The notes below the pieces were generated by a model. That model was given only the letters and a program-made list of their open reading frames with translations. It was not told where the DNA came from and did no database searches. From contig JARXAD010000001.1 of the NCBI GenBank assembly GCA_029866025.1, positions 143,361 to 207,360 of the forward strand: a stretch of DNA of 64,000 nt. Direction: 5' to 3'. Below are positions 41,091 to 50,312 of this stretch, piece by piece. This DNA is from Vampirovibrionales bacterium. Lineage in GTDB: Bacteria > Cyanobacteriota > Vampirovibrionia > Vampirovibrionales > Vampirovibrionaceae. Position numbers and translations under genes: made by a program. The first letter of the stretch is position 1; each line of letters opens with the position of its first letter.

Positions 41091-44000
41091 TTACCGTGTT
41101 TCACGCACCAGCAATACGCCTGCATCGGGTTTGGTGGCATCCATCATTAAGGGCTTCCCATTCAAGGCAACTAACTTTCCTTTGCTCACCACAAAGGTGT
41201 TTTGGGTGCCTTCTTGGCGATACCGAGTGCCATCGGGCATCCCCAACGTCGAAATATCGGGGGTGTAGGCAAAAGGTTTGCGAGGGGTTCGGGTAATTGG
41301 GTAGGTGGCGTTTTTGCCCAATGGGTTGGCTTTGGCAGCGTCTTGGTTGAACAACTCACCGGTGGCGGGGGCAATGGGTAGCAGGCCAATGATTTGCTGA
41401 TTGCCGGACTGAGGACCACCATCCCAAACGCTCATAAACACGCCGTTGGTGTCGTCTTGGCTGACGGGCTGCCAAAATCCGTTAAAGGCTTTTTCGTGAT
41501 CTCGTCGCCACTGGCTTTGGGTGCGCAGGGTGCTTTGAGCTGTGAGAAGCCACGGGGCCGGTGCCTTGTTATAGGGCGTTACCAAGGCGTCTCGGTTTTG
41601 TTGATGACGGTTATCGGTGCTTTCGCCTCCCGCTAACGCCATAAAGTCATGGCCATACAAAGCAGCATTGCCACCGCTGAGTAGCTGGGCAAACACCATC
41701 TGGGCTTGCTTTGCCATCACAGGCTTCATCAACACTTCCCACAACGGCGCTTTATGGGCGGCGTGCTTGGCCATTTCGGGTTGATTAAAAATGGCATCCA
41801 GAACTTTGTTGGGGCTTAGGTGAGCCAGCAACGTGGGCTCAATAGCCATCAACTCGGCTTCGGTTTGTTCTAACGCGTGGTAGAAGGCCTGTTTAAAGCC
41901 AGTATTGTTGTTACCGTATGCTTCTATGGCGTTTGCCAAGGCAGCACGGGTGGCCCACACTTCGCCCAAGGGTAGGTAATGAACCAAAATACTTTCCAAT
42001 GCGTTTTGAGCTGGCAATGTGGCAAACGGTTTTAACAGTTCCGGCAAAACCTTGCCGTCGTGCTGCAAGGTCCGTACCATCTCAGGAATGGCCCTGGCAA
42101 TGGCCACACGCATGTCTCGTTGGTTCATAGCTTCTTTAGGTAGATTTTCGGCATCCCCCACAAATTTTTTCTGGGGGGCTTCCATGTAATCTCGTATTAG
42201 CGCTGATAACTCTTTCGTCAATTCCGGCGTTTGGGTATGGAGGTAGGTATTAAGGTCGTTCAGCGCTTTGCCTACATCGGCGATGCCAGCCGACTTTAAG
42301 GTGGCTCTGGCCCCTGCTAAATCGGCTTTGGTTTGCAGCGCTTCCAGTACATTGTTGGTGTCATCCAGTAGCCCTCGCATGCCATACGATGCCATAGACG
42401 CAATATTGGGGTTGCGCACCAAGGCGTGGTTGACAGTGGCATAATCATGGCTGGCCAGTAGCGACAATGCCATGCGGCTAACCCATGCTGGAAACATCTG
42501 TAAAAAGCCTGCCAGTTTATCGTTGGCAAACTGTTGCGGCCCCAACATCCAGTCGCCATGTTCCCACGGTTTGGCAGGGGCGTTTACCAAGGCGGGAATG
42601 CCGCTAAACCAGTGACTCATGTTGGGCATGCTGGTAAAAACCGATTGCCCCCACTGCTTGAGAGGCTCAAAAAACAGTTGATAGGCTTGATGCACAGCAT
42701 TTTTGCTGGCGCCCAACTTTTCAGGGTCTAGCTCGGCCATAATCACGGTTTTGGGGAACACAGCCCGAACCCCAGAGAGCAGCTTGGCCCACGTATCGCG
42801 TACTGTTCGCATTTCTTTCACAAAAATGGCGTCTCGTACGTTGCCCTGGCTCGCATTGCGTATAGCAGCGGTGTTGGCGATGTCTACGGCTGCATCCAAG
42901 CGCCAATTGAGACCCACTTCGCCTTGGGTCATGAGGTGTCGAGCGACGGTGGCTGCTTCCACAGTGGTGTGGGCCAGTGTTTTTTCTGCCAAACGGGCCA
43001 GTTCTGTTGTGTTTAGGCTGCCAACTTGCCGCTGCATAGCCTTACGAAAGGTGGATGCTGCCGTGGCAGGATCCCAGCGCATGGCGGCACCCAATTGGCG
43101 ATCCATGCCTGCCCCGAGGGCGTTGATGTCGTCTGATGTTTGCCCACTGAGCAATTGACGCCACACAACGGGGGCCAACTGAATCAACACTGCATCCCGC
43201 AACGAAGGCTCTAATAGCTTTAGTTGACTTTCTGGACTGAGTTGGCGGAAGACCCCTTCTAGCGCTCGTCCCAGTTGGCTATTGAGACTTTGTTGACCCA
43301 GAGTAATGTCTAGCTTTTTGGCTAAGGGTTGGGTAGCTTTGGATTGGTTGAGTAGCCAGCGAAGCGGCTTGCTGGCCCAATACACCGGTTGTAATGACCC
43401 ATGGTGGCCTAAAATTTGGTCTTCAAACTTAGGCCAACCCAAGGTGTGCTTAATAAAGGTGAGATCGTGGGCGGGATCATCGCTGTGAAGATTGAGCGCC
43501 ACCGGCGGCAGTAATTGAGAGAGGCGCTGCCCCAGCGCGAGTGATGATTCCCAACGTTGCTGCCGTGGGGTAATGGTTTGGGGTAATGAGAGGTTGGCTA
43601 AGCGACCGGCCAACTGTTGAGTGGCCTTTAACTTTTCCAAAGTGGTTGCCCAGTTACCTTCATAGTGCTGGGTTAGTAGTTCGGTTAAAGGCTGAAAGAG
43701 CCACTCTGAATCCGTTCGCTGGGTCCAATAGGTCAGGGCTTGTTGGGCTTGGCCTTGTACCGCGGGATTGGCTAAGTTCAATCGTTTGGCGGGAATTTTC
43801 CCATCCCAGCCTTCACCGGAGTCGTCTTCGTCAGGGCGTCCCAAACGGAAACCCGGCCAATCCACCATGGCTTGCTTGTATTCCACCGAGTCCGGCGATT
43901 TTCCCTGGAGGATCTGAAGTTTTTTGGAAACATCTTTAGCATTGGCAATGGGGAAGGTGTAGTTGTACACCGAGCCGCTGGCAGATAACCATGGGGTGGT

Positions 44001-45059
44001 GTCCTTCCCTGCCTCTCGAATGGGATCAAACAGCTGAATGGCCGTTGGACGGTTGGGGTTGTAGGCTGGCTGTCCAGCAGGGGGATTAGGGCTGTTAATG
44101 AGGCGAACGCCCACACGGTCCCAGTTTACATCCAGGCCGTTGGGCTTAATAGGCAACACGCCTAGTACCAGCTTGCGATCCGTAAATACACTTGGGAACC
44201 ACTTGTTTAGCAAGGCGCCTTGGGTGTTGCGATCAAACTGGTACCAATTCCAGTAGGGCGAGCGGGCTCCATGGAGCAGCAAGCTTTGGTACTGGGGGCT
44301 CATCATGCCGTGGTTGACAAACGCCCCATCAAAATAAAGCTTTATCCCATCTTGCAGGCTGTACTGCATCAGGCGTTTTAGGTCTTTATCTTGCCATACT
44401 GAGGCAAAAGGATCCGCCGTCCAGTAGTGGTGGGGCGACACCCAGTCCCCTGTGAGTGGCGACATCATAACCCCGCCCAGGGCTGGGGTTCGCTTGCCAG
44501 TTTTGGGGTCTATTAAAAATTGATCGATGCGCTGAAAAGCCCCTTCAGCCCCTCCACCGTGGGTAACATACGAATGGGTAAGACTAGTGGATAAGGGTTT
44601 GGTTGGGTTGCCTTTGGCATCCAGGGTAACAGCCGCATCTGGGTAAAGGTACAGCAAGGTGCCAACCGATTGGGTGGGGGCAAGGTTGGGGCGTGCCACA
44701 TTCCACTGTTGGCCATTCACCACGCGGGTCTCGGTGGCATCTAGGCGCTGTTGGCCATCCACCACAAAGCGGTACAGCACTTCTTGGGGTGTTGATGACG
44801 CTTTGGGTCTGAGGGTGACCGTATCGGATAGTGGCTGAGACGCCTCCCAGTAAAGACCTTTATTAATTAACGTTTGGTTTGTTAATGCTTGCTGAGCGTC
44901 GTTTTTAAACTCAACCGCTACGGAACCGGCTTGGGTATGGCCTTCTAAGTATGGGGTGGGGGCCAATTGCCCTGAATTCCAGTAATAACCACCAAAACGG
45001 ACACCCAATGGTGTGGATGCAAAGCCTTGAGAGGTCGTTGTTGGGTGATAAGCCATCAT
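41091..45059 (-). CDS. Very large GH13-like alpha-glucan enzyme with N-terminal CBM48-like segment
   Basis: YRFVVDG; conserved regions DGAFVNHG, WRLDAA, IMAEL and ASHD. Likely start is ATG 45059/45056 (the ORF track starts at 45173). Confidence 0.78.
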   Translation of the reverse strand: MMAYHPTTTSQGFASTPLGVRFGGYYWNSGQLAPTPYLEGHTQAGSVAVEFKNDAQQALTNQTLINKGLYWEASQPLSDTVTLRPKASSTPQEVLYRFVVDGQQRLDATETRVVNGQQWNVARPNLAPTQSVGTLLYLYPDAAVTLDAKGNPTKPLSTSLTHSYVTHGGGAEGAFQRIDQFLIDPKTGKRTPALGGVMMSPLTGDWVSPHHYWTADPFASVWQDKDLKRLMQYSLQDGIKLYFDGAFVNHGMMSPQYQSLLLHGARSPYWNWYQFDRNTQGALLNKWFPSVFTDRKLVLGVLPIKPNGLDVNWDRVGVRLINSPNPPAGQPAYNPNRPTAIQLFDPIREAGKDTTPWLSASGSVYNYTFPIANAKDVSKKLQILQGKSPDSVEYKQAMVDWPGFRLGRPDEDDSGEGWDGKIPAKRLNLANPAVQGQAQQALTYWTQRTDSEWLFQPLTELLTQHYEGNWATTLEKLKATQQLAGRLANLSLPQTITPRQQRWESSLALGQRLSQLLPPVALNLHSDDPAHDLTFIKHTLGWPKFEDQILGHHGSLQPVYWASKPLRWLLNQSKATQPLAKKLDITLGQQSLNSQLGRALEGVFRQLSPESQLKLLEPSLRDAVLIQLAPVVWRQLLSGQTSDDINALGAGMDRQLGAAMRWDPATAASTFRKAMQRQVGSLNTTELARLAEKTLAHTTVEAATVARHLMTQGEVGLNWRLDAAVDIANTAAIRNASQGNVRDAIFVKEMRTVRDTWAKLLSGVRAVFPKTVIMAELDPEKLGASKNAVHQAYQLFFEPLKQWGQSVFTSMPNMSHWFSGIPALVNAPAKPWEHGDWMLGPQQFANDKLAGFLQMFPAWVSRMALSLLASHDYATVNHALVRNPNIASMASYGMRGLLDDTNNVLEALQTKADLAGARATLKSAGIADVGKALNDLNTYLHTQTPELTKELSALIRDYMEAPQKKFVGDAENLPKEAMNQRDMRVAIARAIPEMVRTLQHDGKVLPELLKPFATLPAQNALESILVHYLPLGEVWATRAALANAIEAYGNNNTGFKQAFYHALEQTEAELMAIEPTLLAHLSPNKVLDAIFNQPEMAKHAAHKAPLWEVLMKPVMAKQAQMVFAQLLSGGNAALYGHDFMALAGGESTDNRHQQNRDALVTPYNKAPAPWLLTAQSTLRTQSQWRRDHEKAFNGFWQPVSQDDTNGVFMSVWDGGPQSGNQQIIGLLPIAPATGELFNQDAAKANPLGKNATYPITRTPRKPFAYTPDISTLGMPDGTRYRQEGTQNTFVVSKGKLVALNGKPLMMDATKPDAGVLLVRETR

Positions 45060-45324
45060 AAGGAACTGTGCTGGAGACGAATAAGCCCGTGGTAAAAACC
45101 AATGCAATGAGAAAAGAGAAAAGAAAAGTGGATAAGCCGTAGGAATTAAAAAAAGGATGGATTCTGGATGCATGCTGTACCGCTAAGGAGATTAAAATCA
45201 AGCGGGCGGAGCAACATTTAAGCTTTGTAACGAAGAGGGCTGAACAGGCAATTTTTACCTTGGAGGATCCTCTTAGTAATAGCAACAACGAGGGTCAAGA
45301 ATCCAAATTGCTTGATTCTAAAAA

Positions 45325-45346
45325 TTTGTTGCTGGTTTGCAACAAA
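45325..45346. promoter_or_regulatory. Palindromic operator candidate in the divergent GH13 promoter region
   Basis: TTTGTTGC-N6-GCAACAAA, a perfect 8-bp inverted repeat. Confidence 0.45.
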
Positions 45347-45454
45347 AGTCACACTCCCTCCAACAGCTCCTTTTAAATACCCCCTAGCCAAACGGCTATG
45401 TTTCGCCATCATGAGTCATAGGCTTATCGACTCAACTTATCCACACGCTTCATA

Positions 45455-46642
45455 ATGACCCCTGTAACAGCCATACCGGCTTACTTTTCGGCAGCAGCTC
45501 CTTCGGTGCCCCCTTGGCTTCGGCAACCGGCTTCTGCCAGCGTGGCAACGTCTTTACCACCTATTCCACAAGCTCCCAACCCTTTGTACTTTTATGATGT
45601 CAGTCTGAAGCCGGAACGTTTGATTACTCTCAATCCGCTTCAAAAAGTCAAACTTGGGTTTCATCAAACCTTTGTGGAGCTTCCTAAATCACTGGCCAAA
45701 GGCTTTTGGGGCGACAGTCGCTACCGATTTGATGATTTCTTGCGGTTGGGGCAAATCCCCTATGTGCTGGGTGGGGCAACCTTGGCCGGTATTTTTGCCT
45801 TAGGGGGGCACAAACTAACCATTGCACGCCAATTGGCTGCTATTGGGTTGTATTATGCAGGCCAACTAGCCGGTAGTTTGGGTGTGAATACGGCGGTGAA
45901 GTTATACACGGGTATTGACTCCGATTTGCGATACACCGCTGCCGATGGCCAAATTAAGCGCGTGTTTACGGATCCCACCTTCTCGCGGTACGACTTATTG
46001 CCCCCCGAATTTTACGTAGCCAAGGCCGCCCAATTGGGCATCCCCCCCACGGTGGCGGATCCAGAAGGGGAGGTGAAAAATACCATTGCCAATATGCTCC
46101 CCAAAATTCGTTTGTCTAAGGCCCTCATGGGAAATGCCCTGGCGGCGGTAGGTGCGGGCTTGATTGCTCGAAGCGATGTGTGGCTGAAGCTAAGCCAGCG
46201 AACGCCCGGTTTGTCGGCCCCACAGCAATTGGCTCAGTGGGCTAGGGATGTGTTGGGGATTTTGGGTCATCAGTGGTTTGCTCCCCTCAGCCATCACCCC
46301 AGTGGACTGCCAGCAGGGCGAATTATAGCCTTGCGCAGTGTTGCTTCGGTGGCTTTGGTAGGGGCTTTTGGTTATGGAGCCTGGCTTTTGGCTACTCTTA
46401 AGCCTAAAAAAACCTTCCAGCCTGCCCATGTGGAATACTTACGCAACATTAATGACCTGTTTGGCCCAACTAGCCAGCAAAACCAGCCCGACTACCTCAT
46501 GCGAAATGCAGCCATTCAGGCATTCCAATCCTATTTAATGCGAACCCGAGAACAAATGACGCCAGGCTTGTATGATGGTGTTGTATTGGCTCCCATGGCT
46601 TCCGTAACTCCTAACGTCAAGGCCAAGGAGGCAACTCCATGA
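45455..46642 (+). CDS. Hypothetical membrane protein, paralogous to the N-terminal half of 46639-49887
   Basis: Hydrophobic helices; shared ungapped block VKxxTG…Y…FxD…LxP…LxxP; ATGA overlap with the next gene. Confidence 0.8.
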   Translation: MTPVTAIPAYFSAAAPSVPPWLRQPASASVATSLPPIPQAPNPLYFYDVSLKPERLITLNPLQKVKLGFHQTFVELPKSLAKGFWGDSRYRFDDFLRLGQIPYVLGGATLAGIFALGGHKLTIARQLAAIGLYYAGQLAGSLGVNTAVKLYTGIDSDLRYTAADGQIKRVFTDPTFSRYDLLPPEFYVAKAAQLGIPPTVADPEGEVKNTIANMLPKIRLSKALMGNALAAVGAGLIARSDVWLKLSQRTPGLSAPQQLAQWARDVLGILGHQWFAPLSHHPSGLPAGRIIALRSVASVALVGAFGYGAWLLATLKPKKTFQPAHVEYLRNINDLFGPTSQQNQPDYLMRNAAIQAFQSYLMRTREQMTPGLYDGVVLAPMASVTPNVKAKEATP

Positions 46643-49600
46643 GCCTGATGACACCGTTACCGCCTGCTAGTGTAGGATCCGCACCCAAAGCCTCTCATAC
46701 GCCAGTCCCCCTGGATGCGCAACGGGTGCCGTCTCCTGGCGTGTTTCATCGTTCTCTCAAGCCATCTGAACGGGAACAGCCTGTCCTAAATAGCTTGCTG
46801 TATGCCATGAAGACCCCCGATGCCACCGTGAATGCTCACCAGTTGGGCCGTGTGGAAGGTGGCTTAAAAATGGCGGGCGGTGCCATTATTGCCTTGCTAT
46901 CGTTATTGGGGCTGCCCAATGCCAGCTTAGGTGTGGCCGAAGTGCTTGGGTTTGGCGGCTTTTTTGGCACCATGGCCGTTATGCCCAAAGCAGTGCAGTG
47001 GTTGGTAAAGCAAAAAACGGGTCTTAACCAAAACGCCTATTACCTCAGTACCCAACGCGATCGTCGTTGGCTGTTCCAAGATGTGGGCTATTTACCCTTT
47101 CATCTCATTCCTGAGGCTGAGATTCAAAAAGTAGGCGACCGTTTAGAGGTGCCCCAAAATCTGCCCAACCGTCGGGGTGTTATTGAAGATCGCATTCGTC
47201 AAATTACGGCACAATCGCAAACCCTGTGGATGCTATTGGCAGGCCCTGCCACGCCTTTAGTGGCTTCGGGCTTGGCCCATGTGCTAGAGCAACCCGGTTT
47301 GGCTGCGGTTAACCAACTTAAGCGTTGGACGTACCAAGGATTGTTGTCTGCAGGGATTGGTAATAAAAAGGCTCTGTTGCAAGGCCTCTTGAATACCTTT
47401 GTCGGCGATTCGCCCTCCTCAGATCTCTCTCGCTGGTGGCCCAAGGTTCAACAGCGCTTGGCCAATGAGAGTGGGTTGACTCACTTTGTTGCTCAACGCA
47501 GTAAAGAAGTAGGAATTAAAGCCAGTAAGCTGACGGATGTTCAGTGGGCACAATGGTTGGAAGACTTTTTAGCTACAGAGATGGAGACAGGTCATCCTCA
47601 ACAGGCGGCAGCGGCTTCTCAACGCTGGGATCGCTTGATTGCCAGCTTAAAAACCTTCCAAGAGCAGGTGCAAGATATTTGGGGCGGTAAGGCCCAAGGG
47701 CTTTTGGCTAAATATACGGGGGGCCATGAAGCCCCAAGCCAGCTTAGTGAGCTAAGCGCCCCCGGTAAAGTATTGTCTTCGGCAGAGCACGCTAAAAAAC
47801 AATGGTTGGAAACCTTGTTGCAACTTCGAAAGGAGTTGGCAGATGGCAGCATTCCTCGCCTGGACAATGCCAACGGGTTACTCAATCAAGTGGACCGCTT
47901 GGAAGAGTGCTTGCTGGATAGTACTCAAGGGGCCAATAAAGACTTGCGGCGCCACCAGCCTTTAACCCGAGAAGCCTTACGAGATTTGTTGTACGGCAAC
48001 AACGCCGGTCGTATGGCAGAAGCGCTCGTGTCTGGGGATAGTGATACGGTGCAGCGTGTGTTGGTGGGTGATTTTGAACGTCAAATTGGCGGTAAGAATG
48101 GATTCTTTAAATGGTTGGGGCATTTGGGCCGCCGAGAATTTCAAAAGGCCGAATGGACCTTAGGCCCGACATTGGCTTCTCAGTTTAAAGTCGGTGCCAA
48201 ACAAGCCCTTACTGTGGGTGGTTGGCGGCGTGGGGTGTTGGGCGTGTTGGGGGGTGGCTTGGCTGTTGCCAGTGCACTGTATTACGCCTTGGTATTGGGT
48301 AAAACCCGAAAACCACCAGCCAGTGAGTTTTCCAATGCGGAGCAGATGATCCGTAAATACAATCAACGGGGTGAGTTTGAAACCTTGCAGCGCAGCATTG
48401 CGGTGCTTAAAGCCCAGCGAGCTTCGTTGGCCCCACGCAACCCCTTGTTTGAGCAGCCGGGCTATTTAAAATCCTTGTTCCATCAGCGCCAGGCTGTTAC
48501 GTACGCACTCAACATTCGAACCTATGGCGCCCAAGATACCAACCGAGACGGTCTCATTACGCCGTATCAATTTGAGCAAGGTACTTTTTTAAGCAGCATT
48601 GCTCGCCTAGACGAGCTAAAAGCCTTGGGTGTGAATAATATTCATTTGCTGCCCATTAATCCCATTGGTACGTTAAAACGCAAAGGGGTGGCCGGTAGTA
48701 TTTATGCGGTAGCCGATTTGCACACTTTAAATCCGCAGCTGGCGGATCCGCGTAGCCCTCTCAATGTGTATGAACAGGCGCGCTTATTTGTTCAAGAATG
48801 TCACAAGCGTGGCATTCAAGTCATGATCGATATTCCCAGTATTGCCAGTATTGATTTGGCCATTACTCGTCCTGACCTGATTGCGGTGGATGAAGCAGGG
48901 CGAACCCAAACCCCCACCACTTGGACCGATGGGGTTGTATTTAAAAACGATGCCAAATTGCTGGAGTACTACCAAGGCTTTTTTGACTTAATGGTGAATG
49001 ATTTGGGCGTGGATGGCTTTAGGGCAGACGTGGCTCGCTTCCGTCCCGATTGGTTCTGGAAGCATTTCATCAACAAATACCCGGATAAAGCCTGGGTGGC
49101 CGAAACCTACACGCCGGAAGACGCCTCGCCCTTGGATCGGATTCCGCGGGATAATCCCCATGATCAGTTGGGGTATGGCTTTGATGCCATCTACGGACAG
49201 CTGCATATCTTCCATCAACTGAAGAGTGGCCGTGACTTTACCAACTACTTAACGGGGGAACTGCCTAGTATTACCCATGCTGGGGCGGCTCAAGCAGGGG
49301 TCTCGCCCTTAACAAAATCATCGTGGGCGTCGTACCTTACCCATGACGATGAAACCACACCCATGAACCATGGGGGTGTGGAACATGCTTTAATGGTGGC
49401 CAATCTGACGGCCCTAACCCCTAACACCACGCCGTATATTTTGGATGGTCAGCAAACGGGTTACGACAAACGTATTGATATTTTTAACTACACGCCAGCT
49501 CATGTGGGTGAGCATCCTGAAATAGGCACGGCCCTTGCCAAAGCTTTGGCTGTGCGTAAGGCCTATGCTGATGTCTTTGCCAATGTCTCTGTGCCCAATG

Positions 49601-49887
49601 TATTGCCGATTACCGGCGATGTTACCCACCAGTTGTTTGCGTGGACATTGGAGCACAATGGCCGCAAGCTGTTACTGATTGGCAACAAAACCCCCAACGC
49701 TCGTACCGAAGGGATGATTCAATTGCCACCGGGCTTGTTGCCACCGGGCAAGCCTCTCTCCAACCTGTTGTTGGAATACGGTCGTCAGTGTCGCTTAGCA
49801 CCCACTCCACAAGGCCTGTCTGTTAGCTTAGGGCCGTCTCGCATTCTGTTGTTTGATGTGTCGTTGTCGACAGCGAAGGCTGTTTAA
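46639..49887 (+). CDS. Fusion of an unknown membrane domain and a C-terminal GH13 alpha-amylase domain
   Basis: C-terminal half has LDELKALGVNNIHLLPINP, GSIYAVAD, DGFRADVA (D797), AETY (E822) and THDD (D903). Confidence 0.88.
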   Translation: MSLMTPLPPASVGSAPKASHTPVPLDAQRVPSPGVFHRSLKPSEREQPVLNSLLYAMKTPDATVNAHQLGRVEGGLKMAGGAIIALLSLLGLPNASLGVAEVLGFGGFFGTMAVMPKAVQWLVKQKTGLNQNAYYLSTQRDRRWLFQDVGYLPFHLIPEAEIQKVGDRLEVPQNLPNRRGVIEDRIRQITAQSQTLWMLLAGPATPLVASGLAHVLEQPGLAAVNQLKRWTYQGLLSAGIGNKKALLQGLLNTFVGDSPSSDLSRWWPKVQQRLANESGLTHFVAQRSKEVGIKASKLTDVQWAQWLEDFLATEMETGHPQQAAAASQRWDRLIASLKTFQEQVQDIWGGKAQGLLAKYTGGHEAPSQLSELSAPGKVLSSAEHAKKQWLETLLQLRKELADGSIPRLDNANGLLNQVDRLEECLLDSTQGANKDLRRHQPLTREALRDLLYGNNAGRMAEALVSGDSDTVQRVLVGDFERQIGGKNGFFKWLGHLGRREFQKAEWTLGPTLASQFKVGAKQALTVGGWRRGVLGVLGGGLAVASALYYALVLGKTRKPPASEFSNAEQMIRKYNQRGEFETLQRSIAVLKAQRASLAPRNPLFEQPGYLKSLFHQRQAVTYALNIRTYGAQDTNRDGLITPYQFEQGTFLSSIARLDELKALGVNNIHLLPINPIGTLKRKGVAGSIYAVADLHTLNPQLADPRSPLNVYEQARLFVQECHKRGIQVMIDIPSIASIDLAITRPDLIAVDEAGRTQTPTTWTDGVVFKNDAKLLEYYQGFFDLMVNDLGVDGFRADVARFRPDWFWKHFINKYPDKAWVAETYTPEDASPLDRIPRDNPHDQLGYGFDAIYGQLHIFHQLKSGRDFTNYLTGELPSITHAGAAQAGVSPLTKSSWASYLTHDDETTPMNHGGVEHALMVANLTALTPNTTPYILDGQQTGYDKRIDIFNYTPAHVGEHPEIGTALAKALAVRKAYADVFANVSVPNVLPITGDVTHQLFAWTLEHNGRKLLLIGNKTPNARTEGMIQLPPGLLPPGKPLSNLLLEYGRQCRLAPTPQGLSVSLGPSRILLFDVSLSTAKAV

Positions 49888-50234
49888 AATGGATGCGCCT
49901 AGAACCTATCCCGTTAAGGCTCGCAGGTTAATCAGTGCATACCTCAGTTTAAACAAGGCTTCGTCGTTTTTATTTTTTGGTTTGCATCTCTCACAGCTTC
50001 CCAATAAGAAGACACCCTTTCTTTTGCAGCACCATTATGGGATGGGTTCTATTTCGCAATGCTCGTGTTCGGCTGGCATTGTAAACAACCATAAAGTAAC
50101 AATGTTTTAGGCCTTGTTAACCACAATCGATAGCCTTTAAATGCTTTTGTAAATTTTAAAATATCCAAGCCATATCCAGGTGGAGTGGCCCACTTGTTAG
50201 CCAATAAATGGTGCCTTAATTAATATTTTGTTAA

Positions 50235-50253
50235 TGTTTTTATTAAGTATAGA
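50235..50253 (+). promoter_or_regulatory. Candidate promoter motif TGTTTTTAT-N4-TATAGA
   Basis: Same core and spacing as 4546-4564. Confidence 0.45.
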
Positions 50254-50312
50254 AATTATTAATAATTCATCCCAAGAGAGTTTACGCACAAGAGAAGAAA
50301 GAGGAAGAGTGT

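Noticed and set aside
49853-50110. 85-aa ORF after the amylase fusion
   Set aside because: It overlaps the upstream gene end, has no RBS or motif, and is more likely terminator or promoter DNA.
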